NCBI GenBank assembly: GCA_047602365.1
Contig: JASGHM010000002.1
Coordinates: 1,631,121-1,695,120, forward strand
Source of the DNA: Piscinibacter sp.
Lineage (GTDB): Bacteria > Pseudomonadota > Gammaproteobacteria > Burkholderiales > Burkholderiaceae_C
Length of the DNA: 64,000 nt
Reading direction: 5' to 3'
The notes beneath the pieces were generated by a model, which was not told the DNA's origin, searched no databases, and was given only the letters and a program-made list of their open reading frames with translations. Positions 23,241 to 34,864 of the stretch are shown here, piece by piece. Numbering within the stretch: position 1 is the stretch's first letter; each line of letters begins with the position of its first letter. A program made the position numbers and the translations under genes.

Positions 23241-24701
23241 TTAGCTACGCGCCGCCATCGCCGGCACGGCGCGCGGGCGCAGCATCGCCAGCACGAAGTA
23301 GGTGGCGCCGCCGATGGCCACGCCGAAGAACCAGCCGTAGGTGCCCCACCAGGCCGGCAGCAGGCTGGTGAAGTTCGGCAGGATGGTCGAGAACATCGAG
23401 CCGACGCCGGTGGCGACCAGCGCGTTGACGTTCCAGCCGCCTTCGTAGCGGTATTCGCCGTGTTCCTGGTAGAGCGCTTGCACGTTGATGTTGCCCTTGG
23501 CGACGAGATAGTAGTCGACCAGGATGATGCCCAGCAGCGGGCCCATCGTCGCGCCGATCGCGTTGACGAAGTGGGCGGCACCGCCCTCCCAGGGCGCGAA
23601 CGGGTACAGCACCAGCGCGATCGCGGCGGCGATGTAGCCGCCCTTCTTGAAGTCGATCGCCTTCGGGAACACGTTGCTGATGTCGAACGCGGCCGAGACG
23701 AAGTTCGCCACCACGTTGATGCCCAGCGTGGCCACCGCGAAGGTCAGCGCGGCGATCAGCGCCAGCACCCAGGAGTCGAACTTGGCCGAGATCTGCTCGG
23801 GGTGCAGCAGCACCTCGCCGTAGACCTTGAAGGCGGCGATGGTGGTGATGCCGGCGACCAGCGAGAAGGCGATCAGGTTGACCGGCAGGCCCCACAGGTT
23901 GCCCTTGCGCACCGCGTCCTTGTTCTTCGCGTAGCGCGAGAAGTCGCAGAAGTTCAGGTACAGCGCGGCGAAGTAGGTGATCCAGGTCGCGCCCACCGCC
24001 ATCAGCGCCCAGAACGAGCCGGGCTGGCCGGACACGCCGGCGTCCTTGGTCTTCTCCAGCAGCACGTCCATCGGGATGCCGTGGTCGAACGAGAAGCCGC
24101 CGGCCTTGACCATCAGGCCGATGGCCAGGATCAGCATCGCGACCCACACCGCCGGGCCGGCCCAGTCCTGGAACTTGCGCACCGTCTCCATGCCCTTCTG
24201 GATGATCAGCAGCTGCAGCGCCCAGATGATCACGTAGCAGATCACCTCCAGCCCGCTGTGGCCGAGGAAGTGCACGTTCTTGTGGAAGTCGAGCATCGCC
24301 GGGTTGCGCACCAGCAGCGCGACCATCGCGCCGGAGGCCGCTGCGGTCTGCGCGCCGTACCAGAAGCAGGCCACCACCGCGCGCACCAGCGCCGCCAGGT
24401 TGGCGCCCCAGACGCCGAACGAGGCGCGGGCGAGCACCGGGTAGGGCACGCCGGTCTTCTCGCCGGCGTAGCCGATCAGGTTCATCAGCACGAAGATGAC
24501 CAGCGAGCCCAGGCCGATGGCGAGCAGGAAGTTGGTGAAGCTGCCGCACAGCAGGAACAGGCTGGCGGCGAGGTAGTAGCCCCACAGGCTGTGCACGTCC
24601 GAGGTCCAGACGTTGAAGATGCTGAACGCGCCCCAGCGCCGCTCGGTGGCCGGCGCCAGGTCCTCGTTGTACAGACCGGGGGAAGGGTTGCGGATTTCCA
24701 T
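23241..24701 (-). CDS. NCS1 nucleobase:cation symporter
   Basis: LYNEDLAP, PVLARASFG, LNFCDFSRY and INVVANFVS; AGGAGG RBS. Confidence 0.92.
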   Translation of the reverse strand: MEIRNPSPGLYNEDLAPATERRWGAFSIFNVWTSDVHSLWGYYLAASLFLLCGSFTNFLLAIGLGSLVIFVLMNLIGYAGEKTGVPYPVLARASFGVWGANLAALVRAVVACFWYGAQTAAASGAMVALLVRNPAMLDFHKNVHFLGHSGLEVICYVIIWALQLLIIQKGMETVRKFQDWAGPAVWVAMLILAIGLMVKAGGFSFDHGIPMDVLLEKTKDAGVSGQPGSFWALMAVGATWITYFAALYLNFCDFSRYAKNKDAVRKGNLWGLPVNLIAFSLVAGITTIAAFKVYGEVLLHPEQISAKFDSWVLALIAALTFAVATLGINVVANFVSAAFDISNVFPKAIDFKKGGYIAAAIALVLYPFAPWEGGAAHFVNAIGATMGPLLGIILVDYYLVAKGNINVQALYQEHGEYRYEGGWNVNALVATGVGSMFSTILPNFTSLLPAWWGTYGWFFGVAIGGATYFVLAMLRPRAVPAMAARS

Positions 24702-24780
24702 CGGGTGGCCTCCTGTCGAATGGGCGGGAACGCGGCGATCCACCTTGCGTCGGGTGGATGCAGTCGAGACATGCATTGAC

Positions 24781-24799
24781 GTATACAAGAACTGTATAC
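24781..24799. promoter_or_regulatory. candidate GntR operator
   Basis: Perfect inverted repeat GTATACA-AGAAC-TGTATAC in an AT-rich patch upstream of NCS1-gntR. Confidence 0.65.
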
Positions 24800-24946
24800 A
24801 CTTGACTCCAGACTGCTCTCCACGAAAACCCGGATCGATTGCGCTGCGCGACACAAAGCTGGCGCGACCGCGCGGTGGGCAATGGAGCGCGGCGCGGCAG
24901 CGCGCTGAGGCATGATCGCCGGCGCAAGTCACTGCCGAGCCCACCG

Positions 24947-25894
24947 ATGCTGCACCCCCAAGCCCGCGCCCTGCTCGACCTGATCGCCGAACGCCGCGTG
25001 CCGCCGACGCACACGCTGCCCCCGGTCGAGGCGCGCGCCTTCTACCGCGACCGACGCAGCTTCACGCAGCCGGCGCCGCCGCCGGTCGGTGAAATGCGCG
25101 AGCTGGCGGCGCCGGGGCCGCACGGGCCCATCCCGCTGCGCCTGTACCGGCCGCTGGGCGCCGCGCCCGGCGCGGTGCTGCCGGCGCTGGTCTACTACCA
25201 CGGTGGCGGCTGGGTGATCGGCGACCTCGACACCCACGACACGCTGTGCCGCGAGCTGGCCAACGGATCGGGCTGCACGGTGGTCTCGGTCGACTACCGG
25301 CTGGCCCCGGAGCACCGCTTCCCGGCGGCGGTGGACGACGCGATCGCCGCGGCGCGCTGGCTGCACCGCGAGGCCGGCGCGCTGCGCATCGATGCGCAGC
25401 GCATCGCGGTCGGCGGCGACAGCGCCGGCGGCAACCTGGCGACCGTGGTGGCCATCGCCGCGCGCGATGCCGGCGACCTGCCGCTCGTGTACCAGCTGCT
25501 GATCTACCCGGCGACCGACCAGCACCGCGACGCGCCCTCGCACCAGCGCAACGGCCAGGGTTACCTGCTGACGACCGACACGATGGACTACTTCACCGGC
25601 CACTACATCCCGGATCCGGCCGGGTACCGCGACTGGCGCGCGTCACCGCTGCTGCACCCGGACCTCTCCCGCCTGCCGCCGGCGCTGGTGCTGACTGCCG
25701 GCTACGACCCGCTGCGCGACGAAGCCATTGCCTACGCTCAGCGGCTCAGCGAAGCCGGCAATCGGGCGACGCACCTCAGCTTCGAGCGCCAGATCCACGG
25801 CTTCATCCTGATGGGCAAGGTGCTCGACGAGGCCAACGACGCGGTGCGGCTGTGCGCTGCGGCGCTGCGCGACGCCCTGCATTCCGGGGGGTGA
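24947..25894 (+). CDS. HSL-family esterase/lipase (alpha/beta hydrolase)
   Basis: HGGGW, GDSAGG, DPLRDE and HGF. Confidence 0.92.
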   Translation: MLHPQARALLDLIAERRVPPTHTLPPVEARAFYRDRRSFTQPAPPPVGEMRELAAPGPHGPIPLRLYRPLGAAPGAVLPALVYYHGGGWVIGDLDTHDTLCRELANGSGCTVVSVDYRLAPEHRFPAAVDDAIAAARWLHREAGALRIDAQRIAVGGDSAGGNLATVVAIAARDAGDLPLVYQLLIYPATDQHRDAPSHQRNGQGYLLTTDTMDYFTGHYIPDPAGYRDWRASPLLHPDLSRLPPALVLTAGYDPLRDEAIAYAQRLSEAGNRATHLSFERQIHGFILMGKVLDEANDAVRLCAAALRDALHSGG

Positions 25895-25961
25895 GCCTCG
25901 TGGCATAGTGCGCCCCGCACCGGTCCGCACGAGGCCGGGCATCACGAGGCTGAGGGAAATC

Positions 25962-28511
25962 ATGACGACGATGTGGCGGGGCCTGCTGGCCCTGGTGGTG
26001 ACGTTCGCGCTCGCATCCTGCGGCGGCGGTGGCGGAGGCTCGGATGCAGCGGTGACGCTGTCGCCGTCCAGCCTGAGCACGAACATCGAGGCAGGCACCT
26101 CGGCGACGCTGACGGTGCGCGCCCGCGCCAAGGACCCGTCGCAGTTCGCCGGCGGCCTGTACGTCTACATCGTCGACAGCAAGCATGTTCTCACCGGCAC
26201 GGTGAACCTGAGCAACGTCGACGCGAACACGCTGGCCGCGACGATCTACACCTCGCCCAGCCTGGCGACGGGCCACCACACCGGCACGCTGAAGATCCAG
26301 CTGTGCGCCGACAGCGGCTGCAGCACGCAGTACGAGGGCTCGCCGCTGTCGCTGCCCTACGACTTCAACGTCACGCCGGGGCCGCTGCGGATCACCGCAG
26401 TGGGAGCCACCAGCGCCAGCGTGCACCAGGGCGGCACGATCGCTGCGGCGCTCGGCGTCGAGGTGAGCGGCCCGGACGCCGACTGGACGGCCAGCAGCTC
26501 GGCCGCCTGGGTGCAGCCCAGCCCGGCCAGCGGCCATGGTGCCGGCGGCTTCGAACTGCACTACGACACCGCGGCGCTGGCCATCGGCAGCTACGAGGCC
26601 ACGGTGACGGTGCGCGCCGCCGACGGGCAGACCGACACGCTGGACATCACGCTGGAGGTGCTGCCGACGCAGTTTGCGCTCGACGGTGCGGTGCCTTCGT
26701 TCTCGGCCGTCAACGGCGCGCCGATCGCCGCGCAGCCGCTGGCCTTCGCGCTGAACAACGAGGTGCCCTCGGCATGGAGCGCGGTCAGCTCGCAGCCCTG
26801 GCTGAGCATCACGCCGGCCAGCGGCACCACGCCGGCGACGCCGGCGCTGCAGCCCGACGCCAGCGTCGGCACGCTGGCCAGCGGCGCGCACAGTGCCGTC
26901 GTCACGCTGTCCTCGCCGGGCATCGCCGACAAGGCGGTGACGACGCGGCTGACGCTGCGCCGGGCCACGCTGTCGGCCAACAGCGGGTCGATCACGCTGG
27001 GCGGCAGCAAGGGGCGCAGCCTCGGCGCCGTGAGCCTGCCGATCGCGCTGGACACCGGCAGCAACAGCTACCCGTGGACACTCTCCGGCTTGCCGGCCTG
27101 GCTGAGCAGCAGCACGCCCAGCGGCAGCGTCGGCGCCGCCGGCAGCACGCTGCGCTTCACGCCGGCCACCGCGGCAGCGCCGGTGGGATCGAGCTCGGCG
27201 ACGGTGACCGTCAGCGCGACGGTCAACGGCGACACCGTGACCCTGCCGGTCACCGCCAACCTCAACCTCGACCAGCGTCGCCTGCTGCCCTCGGCCTGGG
27301 CGGTCGGCCTGGCCAGCACCCCGCTGGGCACTGCGCTGACACGCACGCTGAAGGTGGCCGACAACTTCGGCGGCACGCTGGCCTGGACGGCGAGTTCGGA
27401 CAGCGCCTGGCTGAGCGCGACGGCCAGCGGCTCCACCGGCAGCGGCTCGACGCTGACGCTGAGCGCCGACCCGGCCTCGCTGCCCGACGGCGTGATCAGC
27501 CTGGCGCGCGTGACCATCGCCACCACCACGCCGGGCGTGGAGAGCGCGGTGGTGCGCGTCGCGCTGTGGAAGAACGCCAGCGCGCCCAGCGGCATCTCGA
27601 CGCTGGCGCTGGACTACACGCAGATCGTCGCCGACCGACTGCGCCCGCTGGTCTACGCCCACGACGGCGGCAGCAGCATCCATGTCTACAACGCCTACAG
27701 CGGCGCACAGGTCGGCACCATCGCCTCGGTGGCCGCCGCGATGGGCGCGATGACGGTGTCGCCGGACGGCAGCCGCCTCTACGTCACCGACACCACCAAT
27801 CGCAGCCTCGCGGTGGTCGACCTCGACACGCGCGCCAAGATCGACGACTGGACGCTGGACCAGGCCGCCGACGCCGGAACGGCGCTGCTGGCGATCCGCC
27901 CCAACGGCGTCGAGGTGGTGCTGGTCGGCCATGGCCGTGCCTACAGCGCCGGGCGCAGCCTCGGCACGACCGGCATCAGCGGCACGCTGACCGCGTCCGA
28001 CGACGGTCGCAAGGTCTACACGCAGGACGTCGGCCTGAGCCCGGCCAGCGTGACCGCCTACGACGTCGACTACTCGGGCATCTCCGGCGGCGTGCTGATG
28101 GTTTCGCAGCGGGCCAGCGGCTGGTCGATCAACGGTTCGTCCAACGGCCGCGACATCGCCGTGCGCGGCGACGGCGGCACGCTCTACACCGCCACCGGCG
28201 CGCCCTATGTCTGCACCCGCGTCGACCCGACCGACCTCAGCTACGTGGGCAGCCTGCCGGGCGGCGACGCCTACCCGAACAACGTCGAGGTGGCCAGCGA
28301 CGGCCGTGTCATCTGCGGCATCTCCGGCTGGTACGCGATCGCCGACTTCTGGGTGCACTCCAGCGCCGGCGCCGAACTGGCCCACTACCGCGTCTCCGGC
28401 TACGCGAAGGCGCTGAAGGACGGGCAGATGGTGGTCACGCCGGATGGCATGATCGTCGTCGTGCTGACCGACGACCCGGTGATCGGCTTCGTGCCGATCG
28501 GCGCGCCCTGA
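25962..28511 (+). CDS. large lipoprotein with BACON-like Ig repeats and a C-terminal beta-propeller
   Basis: Lipobox LASC plus poly-Gly; four W-x7-W repeats (WTASSSAAWV, WSAVSSQPWL, WTLSGLPAWL, WTASSDSAWL); VSPDGSRLYV propeller-like motif. Confidence 0.75.
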   Translation: MTTMWRGLLALVVTFALASCGGGGGGSDAAVTLSPSSLSTNIEAGTSATLTVRARAKDPSQFAGGLYVYIVDSKHVLTGTVNLSNVDANTLAATIYTSPSLATGHHTGTLKIQLCADSGCSTQYEGSPLSLPYDFNVTPGPLRITAVGATSASVHQGGTIAAALGVEVSGPDADWTASSSAAWVQPSPASGHGAGGFELHYDTAALAIGSYEATVTVRAADGQTDTLDITLEVLPTQFALDGAVPSFSAVNGAPIAAQPLAFALNNEVPSAWSAVSSQPWLSITPASGTTPATPALQPDASVGTLASGAHSAVVTLSSPGIADKAVTTRLTLRRATLSANSGSITLGGSKGRSLGAVSLPIALDTGSNSYPWTLSGLPAWLSSSTPSGSVGAAGSTLRFTPATAAAPVGSSSATVTVSATVNGDTVTLPVTANLNLDQRRLLPSAWAVGLASTPLGTALTRTLKVADNFGGTLAWTASSDSAWLSATASGSTGSGSTLTLSADPASLPDGVISLARVTIATTTPGVESAVVRVALWKNASAPSGISTLALDYTQIVADRLRPLVYAHDGGSSIHVYNAYSGAQVGTIASVAAAMGAMTVSPDGSRLYVTDTTNRSLAVVDLDTRAKIDDWTLDQAADAGTALLAIRPNGVEVVLVGHGRAYSAGRSLGTTGISGTLTASDDGRKVYTQDVGLSPASVTAYDVDYSGISGGVLMVSQRASGWSINGSSNGRDIAVRGDGGTLYTATGAPYVCTRVDPTDLSYVGSLPGGDAYPNNVEVASDGRVICGISGWYAIADFWVHSSAGAELAHYRVSGYAKALKDGQMVVTPDGMIVVVLTDDPVIGFVPIGAP

Positions 28512-28536
28512 GCGGCAGCGGCGGCCGGCGAGCGGC

Positions 28537-29181
28537 TCAGGCCGCCGCGCGCCGCCGCGCCTTCCAGGCGCCGAAGATCACCACCAGGCCCGGCAGCAGG
28601 ATCGCCCCCCAGATGATCTTGTCGAGGTTCTCCTTGACCCAGGGGATGTTGCCGAACAGGTAGCCGGCCAGCGTGACGCCGACCACCCACAGCGCCGCGC
28701 CGGCGACGTTGTAGAGCGTGAAGCGGCTGCGCGTCATCTCGGCGACGCCGGCGACGAAGGGCACGAAGGTGCGCAGGAACGGGAAGAAGCGCGCCGCGAT
28801 GACGGTGATGCCGCCGTACTTCTCGTAGAAGGCGTGCGCCTGGTTGAAGGCATCCCTGTTGAAGAAGCGGGTGTTCTCCCACTGGAACACCTTGGGCCCG
28901 AAGTAGCGGCCGATGCTGTAGTTGCACTGGTCGCCGAGGATCGCCGCCGCGGTCAGCAGCACGAGCGCCAGCGGCAGGTTCATCAGCCCGGCGCCACACA
29001 GCGCGCCGACCACGAACAGCAGCGAGTCGCCCGGCAGGAAGGGCATCACCACCACGCCGGTCTCGACGAACAGGATCAGGAACAGCAGCGCATAGACCCA
29101 GGCGCCGTAGCTGGTCACGAAGTTCGCCAGGTGCACGTCGACGTGCAGGATGAAGTCGATCAGGAAGGCCGCGATGTCCAT
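28537..29181 (-). CDS. DedA family membrane protein
   Basis: FVETG, PFLPGDSLLF and ARFFPFLRTFVPFVAG. Confidence 0.93.
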   Translation of the reverse strand: MDIAAFLIDFILHVDVHLANFVTSYGAWVYALLFLILFVETGVVVMPFLPGDSLLFVVGALCGAGLMNLPLALVLLTAAAILGDQCNYSIGRYFGPKVFQWENTRFFNRDAFNQAHAFYEKYGGITVIAARFFPFLRTFVPFVAGVAEMTRSRFTLYNVAGAALWVVGVTLAGYLFGNIPWVKENLDKIIWGAILLPGLVVIFGAWKARRRAAA

Positions 29182-29220
29182 GGCGGGCGATTATGGTCGG
29201 CGCACTTCCTACAATGCCGC

Positions 29221-29967
29221 ATGACCATCGAATCCCAGGCCGACGTGCAGGCGCTGCAGCGCATCGGCGCCATCGTCTCCCGCGTGCTGGAGCGCATGCT
29301 CGATGCGCTGGAGCCGGGCATCACCACCGCCGAGCTCGACGCGCTGGGCGAGCGCTGGCTGGCCGAGGCCGGGGCGCGCTCCGCGCCGCGCCTGAGCTAC
29401 GACTTTCCCGGTGCCACCTGCATCAGCGTCAACGAGGAAGCGGCGCATGGCATCCCGGGCGCGCGGGTGATCCGTGCCGGTGACTTGGTCAACGTCGACG
29501 TCTCGGCCGAGCTCGACGGTTACTTCGCCGACACCGGCGGCTCGCGCGCGGTGCCGCCGGTCTCGCCGGTCAAGCAGCGCCTGTGCCACGCCACGCGCAC
29601 CGCGCTCGAACACGCGATGCGCCAGGCCCGCGCCGGCATGCCGATCAACGCCATCGGCCGGGCGATCGAGCAGACCGCACGCGCGCACCGCTTCCGCATC
29701 ATCCGCAACCTGGCCAGCCATGGTGTCGGCCGTGCGCTGCACGAGGAGCCGACCGAGATCGCCGGCTACCACGACCCGCACGACCGCCGGCTGCTGCACG
29801 AGGGCATGGTGATCACCATCGAGCCCTTCCTGTCGACCAAGAGCGTACTCGTCGCCGAGGCCGGCGACGGCTGGACGCTGGTCGGCGCGCCGGGCAACCT
29901 GAGCGCGCAGTACGAGCACACGATGATCATCACGCGCGGCGAGCCGATCGTCGTGACGCGGCATTGA
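29221..29967 (+). CDS. map: type I methionine aminopeptidase (likely second paralogue)
   Basis: CISVNEEAAHGIP, VDVS, ADTG, HGVG, TIEPF and QYEHT metal ligands. Confidence 0.9.
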   Translation: MTIESQADVQALQRIGAIVSRVLERMLDALEPGITTAELDALGERWLAEAGARSAPRLSYDFPGATCISVNEEAAHGIPGARVIRAGDLVNVDVSAELDGYFADTGGSRAVPPVSPVKQRLCHATRTALEHAMRQARAGMPINAIGRAIEQTARAHRFRIIRNLASHGVGRALHEEPTEIAGYHDPHDRRLLHEGMVITIEPFLSTKSVLVAEAGDGWTLVGAPGNLSAQYEHTMIITRGEPIVVTRH

Positions 29968-29971
29968 TGGC

Positions 29972-31795
<1,824 letters not shown>

Positions 31796-31827
31796 ACTTT
31801 CGCACTGCCGGCCGGCTCTGTTCGCCC

Positions 31828-32679
31828 ATGCTCCGCCTCGTCTCCCTGCTGCGCTGGCCGCTGGCGCTGATCGCCACCGCTGCGCTGCTGGCCGGCTGCG
31901 CCACGCTGGACGAGAAGCAGCGCGAGTGGATCTTCCAGCCCACGCCCGGCCAGCCGGCCTGGCAACCGGCCAGTGCCGAAGGCATGCAGGACGTCTGGAT
32001 CGAGCACCACTCGGCCGAGAGCGGCAGCGCCGTGAAACTGCACGCGCTGTGGCTGCCGCACGAGCGTGCCGACGCGCCGGTGCTGCTCTACCTGCATGGC
32101 GCGCGCCGCAACATCTGGGGCAGCACCTTCCGCATGCGCAACATGCACGAGCTCGGCTTCGCGGTGCTGGCGGTCGACTACCGCGGCTTCGGCCAGAGCA
32201 CGGCGGAGCTGCCTTCGGAGGCCGGCGTGATCGAGGACGCCCGCGCCGCCTGGGACTGGCTGGCACGCGAGCAGCCGAAGCGTGCGCGCTACATCTTCGG
32301 CCACTCGCTGGGCGGCGCGATCGCGGTGCAACTGGCCGGGCAGGTGGACGACGCACGCGGGCTGATCGTCGAAGGCACCTTCACCTCCATTCCCGACGTG
32401 TTCCGCACCTTCAAGTGGGGCTGGCTGCCGGTGACGCCGCTGATCACCCAGCGCTTCGACTCGGTCGAGCGCATCGCCCGCGTGCGCGTGCCGGTGCTGG
32501 TGGTGCACGGCGCCAACGACGGGCTGATCAAGCCCGAACTCGGCCGCGCCCTCTACGAGCGCGCACCATCGCCGAAGCGGTTCGTGCTGGTCGACGGTGG
32601 CACGCACTACAGCACCAACGGTGTCGGCCAGACGCTGTACCGCGAAGCACTGCGTGACCTGTTCGGGCTGGGCGGCTGA
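31828..32679 (+). CDS. alpha/beta hydrolase lipoprotein
   Basis: Lipobox LAGC; LYLHG, DYRGFG, GHSLGG and HGAND. Confidence 0.88.
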   Translation: MLRLVSLLRWPLALIATAALLAGCATLDEKQREWIFQPTPGQPAWQPASAEGMQDVWIEHHSAESGSAVKLHALWLPHERADAPVLLYLHGARRNIWGSTFRMRNMHELGFAVLAVDYRGFGQSTAELPSEAGVIEDARAAWDWLAREQPKRARYIFGHSLGGAIAVQLAGQVDDARGLIVEGTFTSIPDVFRTFKWGWLPVTPLITQRFDSVERIARVRVPVLVVHGANDGLIKPELGRALYERAPSPKRFVLVDGGTHYSTNGVGQTLYREALRDLFGLGG

Positions 32680-32703
32680 CGCCGCCGTGGTCCAATCCGG
32701 GCC

Positions 32704-33810
32704 ATGGCCACCCTGAAGCTCAACAAGCCTGCCGGCAAGAAGCCGGCCGCGGCCGGCCGCGCCCCGTTGCGCGGCAGCGGCGCGAAACCACGGCCGACGC
32801 TGGCACAGGCCCAGGCCGAACGGGCCGAGCGCGCGGCGCAACGGCCGGCGGCACCACCGGCGACATGCCCCGCCCGCGAGGCGCCACCCCGGCCTGCCGG
32901 CAAGCCAGCGGCCCGGCCGGCCGCGGCACCGAAGCGCCCTGCGCCGGCACGCCCCGAGCGCCCCGCCCCGCTGCCGCCCGCGCGTCCCGCCGGCAGCAAC
33001 ACCGCCTTCAACCCCCGCCCCCGCCCGGCGCCACCCCCGCCCGCGGTCGGCCCGGCGCATGCCGACGGCAGCCTGCGGCTGTCCAAACGCATGAGCGAAC
33101 TCGGCCTGGCGTCGCGCCGCGAGGCCGACGAATGGATCGCCAAGGGCTGGGTGCGCGTCGACGGCGAGGTGGTCGCCGAACTCGGCGCCCGCGTGCTGCC
33201 CAGCCAGCAGGTGACGATCGACAAGCGCGCGCGCAGCGAGCAGGCCCTGCGTGTCACGGTGCTGATCAACAAGCCGGTCGGCTACGTCAGCGGCCAGGCC
33301 GAGGATGGCTACGAGCCGGCCTTCGTGCTGGTCACGCCCGACAAGCACTGGCGCGAGGACGGCAGCGGCATCCGCTTCCAGCGTGAGCACCTGCGCCACC
33401 TGGTGCCGGCCGGCCGGCTCGACATCGACTCGGTCGGCCTGCTGGTGCTGACCCAGGACGGCCGCATCGCCAAGCAGCTGATCGGCGAGGACAGCACGAT
33501 CGAGAAGGAGTACCTGGTGCGCGTCGAGCCGCTGGCCGGCCAGCCGCTGTCCGCCGAGGGCCTGCGCCTGCTCAACCATGGCCTCGAACTCGACGGCGAG
33601 CCGCTGAAGCCGGCCCGCGTCGAGTGGGTCAACGACGACCAGCTGCGCTTCGTGCTGACCGAGGGAAAGAAGCGCCAGATCCGGCGCATGTGCGAAGCCG
33701 TCGGCCTGAAGGTCACCGGCCTGAAGCGCGTGCGCATCGGCCGCGTGATGCTGGGCGACCTGCCGGCCGGCCAGTGGCGCTACCTCGGCGCCGATGAACT
33801 CTTCGTGTGA
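32704..33810 (+). CDS. RsuA/RluB/RluF-family pseudouridine synthase with Pro/Ala-rich N-terminus
   Basis: S4 domain [16 protein letters not shown]; GRLDIDS catalytic Asp; [10 protein letters not shown]. Confidence 0.92.
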   Translation: MATLKLNKPAGKKPAAAGRAPLRGSGAKPRPTLAQAQAERAERAAQRPAAPPATCPAREAPPRPAGKPAARPAAAPKRPAPARPERPAPLPPARPAGSNTAFNPRPRPAPPPPAVGPAHADGSLRLSKRMSELGLASRREADEWIAKGWVRVDGEVVAELGARVLPSQQVTIDKRARSEQALRVTVLINKPVGYVSGQAEDGYEPAFVLVTPDKHWREDGSGIRFQREHLRHLVPAGRLDIDSVGLLVLTQDGRIAKQLIGEDSTIEKEYLVRVEPLAGQPLSAEGLRLLNHGLELDGEPLKPARVEWVNDDQLRFVLTEGKKRQIRRMCEAVGLKVTGLKRVRIGRVMLGDLPAGQWRYLGADELFV

Positions 33811-33817
33811 GCCTGCC

Positions 33818-34855
33818 ATGAACGAAGCACCGAAGCCCGCGCAGGAGCTGCCCGCGATCGCCGACAACTGGCTGCAGTGGATGGCCGAGAACCGCCTGCG
33901 CGGCTGCACGCCCGAGTCGATGGTCGAGACCATGGTCGCCGCCGGCATGGACCGCGCGCTGTGCACGCAGGCCATCCCGATGCTCGAGGCCGACCCGGTC
34001 TACAAGGCCGCGCTGCGCCACCAGAAGCTGCTGACGAAGCTGGAGACGGTGGTCGCCAACCAGCAGAAGCTGTGGGAGATGGCCCCGGGCTACGCCACGG
34101 TGGAGAAGCGCGCCGATGTGTCGCGCGACGAGCTGTTCGAGCGCTACATCTGCGGCAGCCGGCCCTTGGTGCTGACCGACGTCGCGGCCGACTGGCCGGC
34201 GATGAAACGCTGGTCGCCGGCCGACCTGAAGGCACGCTTCGGCCACCTCGACATCGAGATCCAGGCCGAGCGCAACACCGACCCGCGCTACGAGGAGAAC
34301 AAGCTGAACCACCGCCAGACGGTGCGGCTGGACGGCTTCGTCGACCGCGTGCTCGCCGGCGGCGCGACCAACGACTACTACATGACGGCCAACAACGAGG
34401 CGCTGCGCCGCCCGGAGTTCGCGCCGCTGCTGGCCGACATCGGCTCGCTGCACCCGATCTGCGACCGCGAGCAGTTGCCGCGCCTGTCGTCGTTCTGGTT
34501 CGGCCCGGCCGGCACCAACACGCCGCTGCACCACGACACGCTGATGCTGTTCCACACCCAGGTGGTCGGGCGCAAGCGCTGGCGCTTCATCTCGCCGCTG
34601 GAAACGCCCCGGCTGTACAACTTCAACAACGTCTTCAGCCCGATCGACATCGACAAGCCCGACCTGGCCCGCTATCCGCTGTTCAGCCAGGTCAAGGTGC
34701 TGGAGGTGATCGCCGAGCCGGGCGATACGGTGTTCCTGCCGCTGGGCTGGTGGCACCAGGTGGCGTCGCTGGACGTCAGCCTGTCGTTCTCGTACTCCAA
34801 CCTCGCGGTGCCGAACCACTACAGCTACAGCAACCCCGACATGCACGAGTGGTGA
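33818..34855 (+). CDS. JmjC/cupin-like Fe(II)/2OG oxygenase
   Basis: PLVLT..AADWPA..RW, TPLHHD (HxD), GRKRW and PGDTVFLPLGWWHQV. Confidence 0.85.
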   Translation: MNEAPKPAQELPAIADNWLQWMAENRLRGCTPESMVETMVAAGMDRALCTQAIPMLEADPVYKAALRHQKLLTKLETVVANQQKLWEMAPGYATVEKRADVSRDELFERYICGSRPLVLTDVAADWPAMKRWSPADLKARFGHLDIEIQAERNTDPRYEENKLNHRQTVRLDGFVDRVLAGGATNDYYMTANNEALRRPEFAPLLADIGSLHPICDREQLPRLSSFWFGPAGTNTPLHHDTLMLFHTQVVGRKRWRFISPLETPRLYNFNNVFSPIDIDKPDLARYPLFSQVKVLEVIAEPGDTVFLPLGWWHQVASLDVSLSFSYSNLAVPNHYSYSNPDMHEW

Positions 34856-34864
34856 TGGCGGGGC

